Source: Lama guanicoe
Taxonomy: Eukaryota
DNA length: 64,000 nucleotides
Assembly: GCA_013239625.1 (NCBI GenBank)
Contig: MU053365.1
Location: 1,522,115-1,586,114, forward strand
Direction of reading: 5' to 3'
Below the pieces are notes generated by a model. The model was not told the origin of the DNA. It saw only the letters and a program-made list of their open reading frames with translations, and made no database searches. This document shows positions 14,125 to 27,549 of this stretch, piece after piece (positions within the stretch are counted from its first letter, which is position 1; each line of letters opens with the position of its first letter). A program made the translations under genes and the position numbers.

Positions 14125-14620
14125 TATTTTAGGCTTGATTCTCCAAAGCAGACTCTGAGATGACGATTCATGGGAATATGATTTATCAGGCAACACTCCC
14201 TGGATAAACTAATAGGAGAGTGGAGGGTTGGAATCAGGAATGGTCGGAGGCCAAACAAATTTTCTGTGTCAGGTGAAACTCCTCAAAGTTTAGCTTTGGG
14301 TCAGTCCTGCAGAGCAGCCCTAGAGATGCCATAGGTCATACTTTGGAATGGTTCCACTCAATGGCAAAAGAGCACGAGTGTTTATATCTCTACATTCATC
14401 TGTCATTGGTTGAGGGCTGCCTGTGAGGGATGGAAATTCCCAGGTTCTTCTTGATCTCTTTAAATGTGGTCAGAGACTCCAGCAGCATGAGAGCAACCCT
14501 CTAACAGAGGCGCTGCCCCAACAGAGGTGCTGGCTTTTGGAATGTCAACCACACCAGGAGCCTGTGTGCGTGAGAATGGTAGAGGGATCCAAAAGAATGT
14601 GGCCAAGAGTCCCGGTAAAA
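14125..14620. mobile_element. Old ERVL-type solo LTR (LTR16-like)
   Basis: aagcagactctgagatgacgattc...tgatttatc end motif; a similar element lies at ~32850-33270. Confidence 0.55.
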
Positions 14621-15253
14621 GGCTCCAAATACCAACTGTATTTCTTGAATTTATTTTCAGCTTGAAAAGGGGTAATCATAGGTGAAGTCATTATTTCTAA
14701 ATCAAAATAGTTCCCTAGCTTAACAAATATTTATTGAACACTTACCATGCCAGGCACAGCCATTGGTGCTGGGGATAAAATAATCACCAAGATCAAAATC
14801 TCTTCTTTGATAAAACACATGATCACATGATCACAGCGCTAAAGGAGAGAAGCACCCAGGATCTGTGTCACTCATTAGCTTGGGCCTCCACCCGATGTTT
14901 AGGGTCTTCAAAACTTGCCATTTTTTTGTTTGTTTTGTGTGGGAAGTTTTCACCATTTCCTTGTTAAGAAGTTGAGAGATTTTTCTAGGAAACTTCCTTT
15001 TCTCACGAGTGATTCACCCTAGGTGATAGAAAAGCATGCAGCAGGCTCCCCGGCTGCCCCCGCCTGCTCCTTGTCATGGCTCCCAGCTGTGATCAGGCCC
15101 TCGCTCCCCCTGTGCTTGGTAGTGGGGCTCATAACCTCCAGTGTGCAGCTGCCTTTTCTCTCAGCAGTAATTCTCACCTAAAGATGTCACTCCTGCTGAT
15201 AAATCCTTTCTCTTCTGATGCATCAATGTTACCATTTCTACTGCATCATTTCT

Positions 15254-15628
15254 TTTTTTTTAACATTTTTTTATTGATTTATAATCATTTTACAATGTTG
15301 TGTCAAATTCCAGTGTTCAGCACAATTTTTCAGTCATACATGGACATATACACACTCATTGTCACGTTTTTTTCTCTGTTAGTTACCATAACGTTTTGTG
15401 TAAATTTCCCTGTGCTATACAGTATAATCTTGTTTATCTAGTCTACAATTTTGAAATCCCAGTCTATCCCTTCCCACCCTCCGCCCCCCTGGCAACCACA
15501 AGTCTGTATTCTCTGTCTATGAGTCTATTTCTGTCCTGTATTTATGCTTTGTTTTTGTTTGTTTGTTTGTTTTTGTTTTTGTTTTTTAGATTCCACATAT
15601 GAGCGATCTCATATGGTATTTTTCTTGG
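15254..15628 (-). mobile_element. Young lineage-specific 5'-truncated L1 3' end
   Basis: Poly-T start; TSD atcatttct at 15245-15253 and 15629-15637. Confidence 0.85.
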
Positions 15629-15699
15629 ATCATTTCTATCATGGCTACTTCAGGCCCTTTGAATTCACTCTTCCTTGCTATGCCCTTCGCCTGTTCTTT

Positions 15700-16210
15700 G
15701 CACAGTAGCACAGTGGTAGAGCACATAGGCTTTGAAATCAATATACTTACATTTGAATCTTGTCTGTACCTCCTAACTTTGTCCAGTTAATTTCTTGGTA
15801 CCTCAGTTTCCTCATATGTAAAATGCAGATCATGATAATACGTACTTTTTAAGGATGTTATGACATTAAATAAGTTAATGCATGTGAAATGCTTTGGACT
15901 ATGCCTGACACTAGTAAAACAAAAAAAAGTCAGCCGTAATTAGCTCAAATGTCTCCTCCAAATCTCTGATACTCTGCATTCATTCTAAATAGCAATATTT
16001 GGCATATTTCAAGCAAATTGTGTGTTGTAATCTGTAATCATCTTGTTTATCGTCTATCTCCTTACTATAACACCTCCTCCAAAAATGAAGAGCATGAGCA
16101 CAGGTACTTAAGTCTACTTTAATCATTCTTGTATCCCCAGTGTCTAGAAATGTCTGGCACGTAGTAGGTGTTAAGTAAAATTCGCTCAGCCTGTAGATGA
16201 TGTTAAATGA
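15700..16210. mobile_element. MIR followed by L2 3' end
   Basis: MIR core cctcagtttcctcatatgtaaaatg; L2 end gtctggcacgtagtaggtgtt...aaatgaat. Confidence 0.7.
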
Positions 16211-16236
16211 ATCAGTGATATTTTTGAAAGTTAGAT

Positions 16237-16253
16237 GAGCCCTCTAGTGGTGG
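16237..16253 (-). promoter_or_regulatory. CTCF-like motif
   Basis: Reverse strand reads CCACCACTAGAGGGCTC. Confidence 0.45.
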
Positions 16254-16694
16254 CAAAAATGATGCATAGCCCTTTTACAATAAACTTATGAACTTCAATA
16301 GGTTGTTTATATTTACCTACTTTCCAAAAGAATTTGGTTTTACAGGAAAGGTCTCAGATACAGTGAAAACAAACAAAAGAAAGACAATTTCATATAATCG
16401 AGGGCCGCATTTGGTTTTAAATGCAGAAAAGAGGGGGGTGGAAAAGAAACAGCAGCATTTTGCTAGCATTGTACTAGGTGCCATGGTAGGTGTCTTGTAT
16501 AAGTTATACCATGCCATTTTCACAGCAACCATCTTAGCTAGATTATTATCCCTACTTGACAGCCGAGGGTACTGACACTTAGACAAAAAGAAGTATATCT
16601 TATAGCCATTAGTGATGAAAAGTGACCATGCCAAACCATGGATGGTAAACTTTCTCTGGTTTCTCTAAGAGAAATTCGTCACATGAATACTTAC

Positions 16695-16799
16695 ATATAA
16701 ACTACATCAAACAGTATGTTGGGTAGTATCTTCCATCACAGTCCTACAGAACATTCTAAGAGGTTCCTCAAATGATTGTTTCTTATGTATTGGTCTTTG
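16695..16799 (-). pseudogene. Candidate exon E24 (105 nt, TGA at 16736-16738)
   Basis: ctttaccctcattttttag| KDQYIRNNHLRNLLECSVGL*WKILPNILFDVVY |gtaagt. Strong splice sites. Confidence 0.7.
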
Positions 16800-18107
16800 C
16801 TAAAAAATGAGGGTAAAGCAGTTATAAATAACAAAATGAAAGTGTTTCTAAAAGGAAGTAAAATGCTGTATTTGAGGTATAGAGCTTTTGATTATGTAAT
16901 TTCATATAAGAATAGACTTGCTGAATTTCAACTAATATTGCATTAACTTATTTCTTAGATTGCTTGCCTCACATATCAATTATCTCATCTTTTTCCTCTT
17001 ATACAAAAGTAACACAACTCACTGTAAAACATTTGGAAATAGAGACTCTTTGAAGGAAAAAAAACCACACCACCCATATTCCTGCTTCCTATGAATTGTG
17101 ACTGTTAACATTTTATGTTTCTTTCCAAACATTTTCCTCTTCTAATTGCATTTCTCTGTATGTGTATGCTTGTGTGTTTATACATACTGAAAAATGGCAT
17201 TCAGGGTTCCTATTTATAGCTGAGTGGGAGTCTACATACTCTGAACTATCCTCCTGTGGGAAAACAACTAAAAATACTGGATAAAATATTTTTAAGAAAC
17301 ATATTTTAAGTTGCATCACTGAACTCACTGGAAAATTAAGCAAAATCCTTAGAGGAGAGAAAGGGAATGAAATTGGGAATCCAGAAAGATAAATGAGCAT
17401 GAAACTATTTTTTTCAGGGTTATCTGTCAAACCCTGTGACTTTGAGCTTCTCTTTCATGGCCAATTGGGGCGTGGGTGGTTTGGGCAATAATTTATATTG
17501 TTGCCCGAGGCATGGGCAGCCTGATGATAGATGCCTTCACAGACGTGAAATCCTAACACTATCTCAGTGTGAGTCAGAGTAGAAGTGGAGAAAGCACAAA
17601 GATGTCCTTAAAATATGGTTACAAACACTGGGAAAAGAGACAGACACCTCTAAACACACATCATTCAGAGGCCATTTGGGATAAGAGTGAACCGTTGTAC
17701 ACCACTCATTAACCTGTGAGGGCGTCATATGACAGAATCGATCTTCATGATGTCAAAACTAGTTATTTTAAAAAGATGAGTTAGGTTTGCTATTAGCAGT
17801 TTAATATAAGGATATATAACAAAATAAGGGTTCCTACAAACATAATTTGATAGTGAAAAGGTTAATGCTTAAATATATCTGGAAGCTGTAAATATATGTA
17901 ATGCCTAAATCTTTAATGATGCCTGCTAGATACATGAATCTTCGTATGAGAGGCAAATAAGTAATATATGGCAGGAGCCCCATTCATCCTGATGTTCAAA
18001 ACCACCACAGGAGGTTCAGCTCTCTGTACTTTTGTTTCTTGCTTTTTCCCTAGGCATAGTTTTGGAAAGGCTTTGTAGGTTGATGGAAAAATAAGAAATA
18101 CAGGTAC

Positions 18108-18181
18108 GTGGCAGTAACCGATGGGAAATAGATTAGAGTTCCTGCTCATGCTATTATTTCTCTTGTTTCACCTGCATTCTG
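18108..18181 (-). pseudogene. Candidate exon E23 (74 nt, phase 0->2, TGA at 18146-18148)
   Basis: ttttattggatttttacacag| QNAGETREIIA*AGTLIYFPSVTA |gtacct (weak donor). Confidence 0.5.
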
Positions 18182-19259
18182 CTGTGTAAAAATCCAATAA
18201 AAGCACAGAACATTTGGCTTAGAAGGAACTTTCCTTTATATAATTTTCATGAGGATTTAGAAATTAAGTGCTTAGACATAATTTTTCATATTGCTTTGAT
18301 GTAGTTTTCTTTAAAAAAAAAAACTTCACAGGAGGAAAGAGAAAGTGGGATGATTTTAAGCCAACTATAGAGTCACAGTTTCTATAGAAGCAATGATTTC
18401 ATTTCCATAGCTAGTTAAAATTAACACCACCAATAACTCTAAAAAAACAGATTGCCACGATTAAAAGTCTAACACCTATGTCTGGATCACAATAGTGTAG
18501 TATTTAATAACTAAATAAAAATTTTAAAACTGATTATTAAAAACTACAGAATTTTTTTAAGGAAAATGTCAATTATTTTAGGGCCATTTTGAAATATTAT
18601 AAAATACATTGCAATTTAACAATTATAATATAGATGTGCATTACTAGATATTACAACTTGCATGTAAATTTACTTTCATAATTTCAACCTAAGAATAAGA
18701 AAGCTATTTTATTTTATACTGATTTTAAAATTTTATATAATTTTTGAAGATATTAAGTTTTACTCACTGTCTTTCAGAATTATTATTTGTAATGGCTCCA
18801 TTATATCCCACCTATTAAATTATCCTCCATTTTTATAGCACTTAGTTTTTAAATTTTTAATTCTCATGATTAATACTGAAGTGAACAGTCTATACATAAA
18901 TCTTTGACAATATCTGATAACTTCTTTAAGTTATGGTAGAGATGCAATGTAGAATTTGGGGCTGTATTTAATCGAATTCGGACAGAACCCAAAATACTCA
19001 AATCCTGCCCTGCTGTCTCTCATCTTCCCATGCAGTACCCAAGGGTGCCATATACACAGGGAGCAATGACAAATAGAAACTCAAGATACTATTTGAGAGA
19101 CTTTCTGATAAAACTGAGTTTGACCCTATGGCTCATATTCAAAGCTTATGTAGACCCTCTCTCTCAAGTCCAAATCCAAATGTCCCTACCAGCCAACCAC
19201 TCAGCCTGAATTGATGGACACCTCAATTTATAGCCACTTACAGCCACAGCTGTCCACCT

Positions 19260-20600
19260 ACTCCCATTCCTAACCACTAATCTAAACTTTTGTCCGTTTA
19301 GAATGTTATATAAGTGGAATCATATAGCTTGTAACCTTTTAAGATTGATATTTTTCAGTCAGCATAAGCCCCTCTAAGACCCACCTAAGTTTTTACATGC
19401 ATAAATCGTTCATTCCTTTTTATTGCTGAGTACTATTCCATGGTATGGATGTAACACAGTTTGGTTAACCAGTTATCTATTGAGGAATGTTTTGATTGTT
19501 TCCAGATTTTTGAGTGCTACAAATAGAGCTGCTATGAACATTCTTACACACATTTTTACATGGACATGAATTTTTATTTCTTTGGAATAAACGCTCCAAA
19601 GTGCAATTGCTGAGTTGTATGATTAGCTCGTGTTTAGTTTTGTGAAAAACGGTTTCCAGAGTGACTGTAACATTTTACATTCCCACCATCAATGTATGAA
19701 TAATCCAGGATCTTCTGTATCTTCATCAGTCTTTGGTGTTACCATTATTTTTTTAAAATATTAGCCATTCTGATAGGCCTGTTTTGGGGTAATATATTTT
19801 TATTATGTGAATTTCCCTCCATTTTGTGCCTGTTGTTCTATTAGAGGATGGGTATTTTTTTAGTTTATTAAGAGCACTTTCTTGATTAAATATATTAAGA
19901 TATCATTATCTGTTTTTGGAAAATTTTTACCACTTTGTTATTTTCTTTTAAAAAAATTTTTGTGCAGGAAGGATAAATTAGGATCTTGGGATTAAACAGG
20001 TACACACCTACTATATATGAAATAAACAACAAGGTCCTACTGTAGAGCACAGAGAACTATACTCAATATCTTATAATAACCTATAATGGAAAAGAATCTG
20101 GAAAAGAGCCCATCTATTTATCTATCTATAACTGAACCACTTTTCTGTGCACCAGAAGCTAACACAACATTGTAAACCAACTATACTTCAATAAAAATAT
20201 TTTGGCATACTAACATATTAAATTTTAGGTAATTCAATTTATCCTTTCCTTTGTAAATTCTTTCAATACTTTTATATTTAGAAATTTGTCCTCTACTGAC
20301 AGATAATTTAATTATTCATCTGTATGTTTTTTTAAGTTTTGTTTTTTACACTTGATTTTTTGTTATATCTAGAATTGATTTTGGTATATAGTTTAAAGAT
20401 CCATCATGAGTCATTTGCCATGTAAACAGCTATTTCAAAACTATTTGAATAGTCCCTCTACTTTTTTCTCATTGGGTATGCTGCTTTATCACTTGCTCCA
20501 TTTTTATTTAGACTGGATTTTGCTTTGATGAAGTCTATGAAATTCTATCAATCTGCCCATCAATTCTTGTGCCAGTATCATTTAACTGGGATTTTGGCAA
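19260..20600. mobile_element. Old L1 fragments (minus) with a younger L1 3' UTR (plus, ~19965-20195) inserted
   Basis: attgctgagtactattccatggtatgg motif; aacaacaaggtcctactgtagagcacagagaactata...aactatacttcaataaaaa. Confidence 0.7.
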
Positions 20601-20751
20601 TAACTACATACCAATCAAATTACGAGTCCTGGGTTCCTGGAGCTTAGATATTCTATGTAAATCACTGCAAATGGGGCCATATGCTTTAGTAACCAAACGT
20701 TGATGTGGAAAAGGTATTGTTTTGTTATGAAAATCGAGGCGCTTGACTTAC

Positions 20752-21092
20752 TATTATTATGTAGGAAAGTCTGATTGTGCTTCCTAAGAGGTTCTGCACA
20801 TGGAACTGTGCACCTTAAATCAGGTATCCAGGGTACTTGGCAGTTACCACCACCTCTTCCTCAGACTAGATCCAGATAGCACAGAGTCACTCACAACTCT
20901 TGAGACAGCCTTGGGTGTCCAGTAATTACCCTTGATAGATCTGTAACTTTAATATTGACACTTGTTTACACTTTCACAGTGTTGTAACATTTGTAGAGGA
21001 ATCTTTTAAGGAAGCTAATGGTGTGAATGGAGTACATCCAGGTCAGTGCATTATAAGCAATGAAATCTGTCTCAGGCTCCCAGAACTGCACT
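20752..21092 (-). pseudogene. Candidate exon E22 (~341 nt, degraded)
   Basis: cttaactcctttacag acceptor. The 3' part reads CAIWI*SEEEVVVTAKYPGYLI*GAQFHVQNLLGSTIRLSYIII |gtaagt. An alternative donor lies at 20848. Confidence 0.45.
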
Positions 21093-22129
21093 CTGTAAAG
21101 GAGTTAAGATCTATCACTAACCAGTAGTTTCAGAAATAATTCACCAGAGGGTAGGAAAAGGACTTTAGTTCCTTCTGGAGGTATAATAAGGTTTCAGAGT
21201 CTATTCCATGGATTTACGTGTGTTTATGCAGAACCTTTGTCATTTTATTTATATTCTTTCTTCTCAAGAAGACACTCTAGTTGTGTCACTCAGAAAATAA
21301 ATCTTAGGCTAAGTGCCAGTTTCGATTTTATTTCGTAGTCGCCACAGTATACATGGGGATGTTTTGGGCTCCAAGTAACATATAACCCAACTCAAAATTG
21401 GTTAAATAACAAATTTGTAGACTCATGTAACTGGAAAATTCAGAGAAACTGTGAGCTTAGATAGTCCGATTCAGTGACCAAACAGGATCACCAGCACCTG
21501 GTTTATTTCAGTCTTCCATGGTGTTAATGTCATCCTAAGGCCAGTTATTCCTGATGTCACAGGAGATTATTTGCAGTTCCCTAGGGATATGCTTACTTGT
21601 TCAAGAGAGGCAGTGAATGTGCCTTACCATTCCCAGTGATGATGTTGTGTTCTGGTGTTTGGAAAATACTCATTCGCTTAAGCCATTCAGAACCCATTTC
21701 CAGAATTTGGGAGTAAAGTTAATCCTATACAAATCACCTAGTAGAAAAAGTCCAGGATCCTGTTACCACGAAGGAGAGGAAATAGATGCTGGGCAGCAAA
21801 CCAAAGCTGCCTGCTATACCCATTATTCAGCACTTTGGAGACAGTTTGTAAAAGAGCCTCTGAAGGATGATTTGTACTAATACAGCTGGCTGTTCTAGTT
21901 GAGCCCTGTAGAGACTCTGAATACTCCTGGATCTTGATCAACAACAAGTACATATTTACTGACTCTGTATTACATGCCAAGCCAATTCCTGTCATTGCAT
22001 ATATCCTGGGAAAAATAAAAGGGATTGTTTCTCATCAGAAGACTGGGTTTATTGAGGTAAAATTTGCAAAACTTGTGCGAAATCCACTCTGTATAGATGA
22101 ATCCTTTATGGGATAACTTGGCATTTGAC

Positions 22130-22437
22130 CAGCACAAAGGCAGCTGGGCTGTTCCAACTGCCCCTTCCCTCAAGCCACAGTTGTTTCTTGAGTGGTACTG
22201 CTTCAGGGTTGCTGTCTACAACCCTGATTTCCATCGTGTACAGATGCAGACTGGTCATGGCTGCGTGAGATGACGATACAGGCAATGTGTCTAGAAGAAG
22301 AGCCACTTCCATTTCAGCATGTGTGTAGGCGGCATAGATTTCAGATGTGTTGGAACAACCTCTGATGTCAGTGGCCATAATGCATGAGGTGGCATGGACT
22401 CGTGACTTCACATATTCTCCAGCTTGACACATTAAGT
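22130..22437 (-). pseudogene. Candidate exon E21 (DCX-like; donor uncertain)
   Basis: gttctcctcatgtgtctaaag| then ~100 open codons: LMCQAGEYVKSRVHATSCIMATDIRGCSNTSEIYAAYTHAEMEVALLLD...LHLYTMEIRVVDSNPEAVPLKKQLWLEGRG. Adjacent frames give HCLYRHLTQP and HDGNQ. Confidence 0.6.
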
Positions 22438-24570
22438 CTTTAGACACATGAGGAGAACATTGCTTTTAAGAAAAGGGTATAGTTTTCTTGTGATGTTTTG
22501 TGAGTGATGATGGCAACACAAGTGAAAGCCATTCTACCCTCTGCTGCTGGGATTTCTGGTAGAATGCAGTAGCACCAAGAATCTAACAAACTTGCTTTTA
22601 GGTTCTGAGTCAGGTCATATGGAGGAATGTAGCAGAATCTAGAAGCTCTTCAGATTTTTGTTGATTGTTTTTGTGATTTATGTGTACGCCTGAGGGCAAG
22701 AACTAGCGTTGTCTGTTTAGGGGTGTAATCTGTGATATATATGCTGGTAATTAACAAATACATAGCATGGTACAGTTTTCGGAGTAATTTCAAACAGCAT
22801 TATTAATTCATGTTACTGTTTTCAGGAAAGAATAACAAAGATGAAATTAGGAAATGTTTGTACAAGGTTGTTTTCAAAGGAGATATGGAAATGTTCCACA
22901 TAATGTTAGAGTTGTTAGGTTGCCATTACTTTCAGGATAGAGAAAATTGTCTTCATTGTGTGTGTTGCCTACTTTTAATAACTACTTTATGTTAGATCAA
23001 GCCATTATTGTATCTCAGTTGGCTCTCCTCAACTGGTCTCCATCTCCAGTTTTGTTTTTAAACCTGTGACTGTATCTCTGTACTGCAGCTAAAGTGATCT
23101 TCCTAAAATGAAAATTGGACCCTGTCCACCTCTTAAAATGCTCCAAAGGTTCTGCAGTGTCTATAGGATGGGGCTCAAACTTCTTAGTGTGACCTATAAA
23201 GCCCACTGTGATCTTCCCCACTTAATTTTACGATCTCTTCCTCACGTGCACCCTCTGCTCCAGGAATTCTGCACAATGTCTATTCTGCCAGTTTCACACA
23301 TTATGATCTCACATGTACTGTTATTTACATAATGTCACCTCTGTCAAGAATATACTTTCCCTCTTCCCTAATGTCCTTGTCCTTTGGCAAGCTTCTTTCT
23401 TGCTCATTCTTCAGTGTTCAGGTTAAATATAAGTTCCTCAGTGAAACCCTCTATGATTCCTTTCCTTGCCAGAAAGATTTAGTCCCCACTTCCTCAGACT
23501 GGACATTTTAAGAAGTATGAAAAAGTGGTTTCAGTACAAAGACTTAAGCAGATGATTTTCTCCAGTGATTTTTTTCCCTTTCATGTAGTTAACGGGCTCA
23601 TTCATTGCATGTTATTAAAAATAACAGCAAGAAGAAATGATATGGATATGATCCAACCAAATCTTGGGAAAAATTAAGAAAGCAATACCAAATTCAATTT
23701 TCTTGTGGCTACCTGTAATGTAGTTGGATATTAGAAAGTAATTGTTGAGACATTTAACGTGAGTGAATTAGTTTGAATTTTCAAAATAAGCACTGTTAGG
23801 CTTATTTCTTTCAGGTAACTTACAGTCTTGAAGCCTTGGTTCAACAGGTAAGTTTACCCTCAGTGTTGTTACAAACTCTCTAATAGTAGATCATGCATGC
23901 CCACACTTCAGTAAGCTTTTTCAATCAGTTTTTTTTTTCAGATAGGAGATTTATTCAATATCATCAACTTTGAGAGTGAATAAATGATCTACAGGTTTTC
24001 ACAGCAATGTGAGAAATCTCAAAGCATTAATTTTGAGCAGAAGAAGTCATCAAGAAGTACGTACTGTCTGATTGCATTTACATAAAGAACAAAAACAGCA
24101 GAAACTTTTCTATGCTATTAGAAATTCAGGAGGGTAGTGATGTTTGGAAGGATAGCAACCAACAGGGCATGAAGGGAGCCACTGGAGTGCTGGTCATATT
24201 ATATAGCTTGATCTATGTGATGGTTTTGGGTGTATTTGGTTAGTGAAAATTCATTGACTACTTAACATATGTGTGATTTATATGTGTACACATATGTCAA
24301 TAAAATAAAATTTAATAATGACATATGGAAAAGAACCTCAAAGGAAAATAATTGAAATTAATAGTGTTTTTAAAAGATCACACCTTGGAATGGTGCCGTG
24401 TGCCTGACTGAGGTTATAACTAATCCACCGTGAAGTGACGCCTGTAGCAGAAGCTTCCTTAGACACATTTCATTACGCTCATCCCTTTTCGAGTGAATTT
24501 GGTATGATTGTCTGCTTGTGTCCTGGCTTGCAGGTCACAAGATCCCTCTGGGACCTTGCAGGGAACTCAC

Positions 24571-24702
24571 TGGTGATCCTTTGGTACATAATTGGAAATC
24601 TTCTCTATTGTTTTAAACGTGTCACTAACATTTTAAGGGCTTTTTGGTCAGAAGTTTTCCATCTCAAGCATAACTGCATGGGACTTGGTTCTCAAGGACT
24701 TC
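24571..24702 (-). pseudogene. Candidate exon E20 (132 nt)
   Basis: gttctctgcag| SP*EPSPMQLCLRWKTSDQKALKMLVT..., with shifted frame KTIEKISNYVP, CCA|gtgagt. Confidence 0.6.
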
Positions 24703-25080
24703 CTGCAGAGAACTGCATTATTAGGAGGGCATTTATACAGGAACCTTCTGGGGCCTGCAGTGTCTCACGCAAAGGTCTCCCTCCGTGTTAATCCTTGGAC
24801 TCTGCTCTTGCTGTCATAATATGCTTCCCCAGGTCACAGTAGGATGAGGGCACAAACATGACCATGGTAGGCATTACAAAATAGTATGTTTCCAGCTCTT
24901 TCTTCAACCTACCTGTAGGAACTCCAAACTTCTCAGATTTATCCTATAGTGATTTATCCTTGTGGAGAAAAGGACCTCATGTATATTATTGATTACTTCC
25001 TTCAAATTCTACATGGCGTTTGCCACCTTCCTTCTTTTCTCTGATGCTGAAGATGTCTGTGTTAGGCATGTATTTCTTAC

Positions 25081-25190
25081 CTCTCCATATCTCCATTTTA
25101 TTAGTGACCAATCTGATTATCTGCTTAGGACACTGTGTTCTAAATGTTCTAAATGGCTCCACCCCACCTGTGTTATTTCTGTTACCTAAG
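25081..25190 (-). pseudogene. Candidate exon E19 (110 nt, phase 2->1, open)
   Basis: ttcccgctattattag| LGNRNNTGGVEPFRTFRTQCPKQIIRLVTNKMEIWR GAG|gtaaga. Resembles the FYRN/FYRC junction (GG.P.F....P). Confidence 0.6.
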
Positions 25191-26799
25191 CTAATAATAG
25201 CGGGAACACTTGTTGAGCTCATGCTAATGTGGCAGGCTAAACTACGCTCTTTAAGCAGATTATCTCATTTGATGTTGATGACTACCTTATGAGGAGGGCA
25301 CTGTGCAGATCCACGTTTTATAGATGACAAAATTGAGACATAGAGGGATTATATAACCTGTGCCAATTCACACAGCTTGTAAGTGGTCGAGCCGAGTATG
25401 AACCCATGTCTCTCTCTCACTGGAGCCCAAACTCAAACCTTAATATGAGGAATTGGTATCAAGTAGTACTCATTTGTATTGCCACTGCCACTGTCGTATG
25501 ACAGCTAAGGGACACAGTGTGCAGTGTGTTCAGAATTGTTCCTTCAGTGACTGGACCATCACCTTTGGGCTAGGTATCTGCCTCTTGCTTCTGTCTTCCC
25601 TTGTAGCGTGTCCTTTTCTAAGATGTGCTTAGGTCCTCCATTTAAAAAAGGCTCTTTTTTCTAGACAGGTTTGATATTAAAGGTGGTTTGTGTATATATT
25701 TACATTGTGTCATTTTGTTGCAAGTTCTTTGTTTTAAACTATTTCATTTTACTAAGCAATATTGTTAGTGTATCATTTTAGCTAATGATACATTTTACTT
25801 GTTTGTTTTATGACTATAGGTTTTATTGATTTATTTCTATATTGTGGTATTTATTTTATAGAATATTTTATAATTTTTCCCTTCAAGTGTGTTCTCTAAT
25901 TTAATCTCTTGGTATACCCTAAATGTCGGCTAAAACCCATTATTTCCACTTAGCATTTCATGTTTGAGTATTGCTTTTAGATAGTTTTCTTACTTTTAAT
26001 TTTGTATCTTATTTTTGTTGTTTTCTGTGATGAAAGATCTATTTCTATTATAAAAGATGTAATTGCACTAATAGCATAATCTCTCTATCTTTACACTTAA
26101 GGGCGTGAGAGATGGCCCTGGAGATTGGTGTGGGATTGGAGGACAATGGAGGTTTATGTGTATACACCAGCCATGGAACTACCTGCTTTATTTCTAAATC
26201 TTATTTAATCCCCCTTTAAACCTACAAGTAGGCACTGGTAGTTTTATTTTATTCACAAGGAATTGAATTCTCAGGGATTAAGTCATTTGTAGAGCCTAGA
26301 TTTGAATCTAGATCTGTCTAAATTCTAAAACCCTTGCTTTTTCTGTAAAGGCTTCCTGAACACAAATACCTAGGGAAAAACAGGATCACCTATGAACCGA
26401 GGAGATGGAGGACTTCCCAAGGTCTCTCACCTCCCGCCTGAATTCACCTAGCTCTTATTGTTAAGGGGTCCCTCCCCGCCCTAACCAGGCATCTGGTTCT
26501 GTGGTCTGTGTAGAATCAAAGACCTTTCTCGACTGAGCTGGCACAAGGATCTGGTCTTCACAGGGACAGAGCAACCTCCGTATGAAATTCTGTCACCTTG
26601 GCTTGCTTCACTACTTCCCGTTTGGCTCAGGTCAGCTGCTTCTGGGTATTCAAAACCCCTGTAGACGGGCTTTCATCCCGGCTTTTTTATCAAGACAGTG
26701 TATTGCTTTTGCCTCTCAGCTAATGAGCATGAGAAATAGCTTTCCTCAGCAAATTCTGTTTCTTTTTGCAGACAGACCTGCTGAAGCCCTGAATCTTAC

Positions 26800-26845
26800 C
26801 CTCTTTTCTGTTTTCTCTTCTGGTTATTTAAATAGTTTAAAATAC
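26800..26845 (-). pseudogene. Candidate exon E18 (46 nt, phase 1->2, open)
   Basis: ttcttcgtatag| ILNYLNNQKRKQKR AGG|gtaaga. Confidence 0.45.
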
Positions 26846-27549
26846 CTATACGAAGAACCCAGTGGCAAACATCCTACATCACCTCCTATACTCCAACCAG
26901 GGTAAAGTTTACTTTTGCAACCAAAGTAACCAGTGCTAGCTGCTGCGTAACTCATCCTTGAATTTCCTTTTACATGAAACCACTTAACATGGCTTAACTA
27001 GGCTATCAGCCCGCGTCTGCCTAGCTAAGACTTTTTTTTTTTAAAATAGAATATTCATTTATTTTCCCTTCCAACGTTCAAAAACACGTTTGGATGTAAC
27101 ACAATGAGAGCTTTTCCTTGCAGCTACTGGAAATTTCTCAGAAGATTTACATGTGTGTTTTGTACCTCTTTGTTTGTAAAAGTTAGAGTTACTGTCCTAA
27201 GTAGGTGACTGAAGAAACTGCTAACATTGAGAAAGGAGCATGAACAGATTAGGCGGCATTTTCTGAATGCTGACTTACTAGAGGAGGAAGAGAGGATCAC
27301 TGGAAAGACCACAGTGCTGGGGATCAGAAAATCTGCTGTCCTGATGACCAACCAAGAGATATTGAACATGTCACCTTACCTAAATATCACTCTTCCCCAT
27401 ATCTAAATGGAGGTGGGACGAAGTGAGACTAGATGCTGCTTTTGCTTCTGAGAGCCTTTGGATCTATACGTCATCTTGTGGAGAACACAAGCCCCAGCCC
27501 ACTCAAATGACAGGAGCCTAGAAGAGTAGATTTGGAGCTGAGAGACAGT

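Noticed and set aside
16318..16353. Extra minus-strand mini-exon (TFPVKPNSFG)
   Set aside because: GAG acceptor is weak, and E24 joins E25 in frame without it.
17913..18149. Alternative frame SRNSNLFPIGYCH resembling the FYRN FPxGY motif
   Set aside because: Out of order with the other FYR elements and not in phase with neighbouring exons; treated as probable coincidence, though worth testing in the HMM run.
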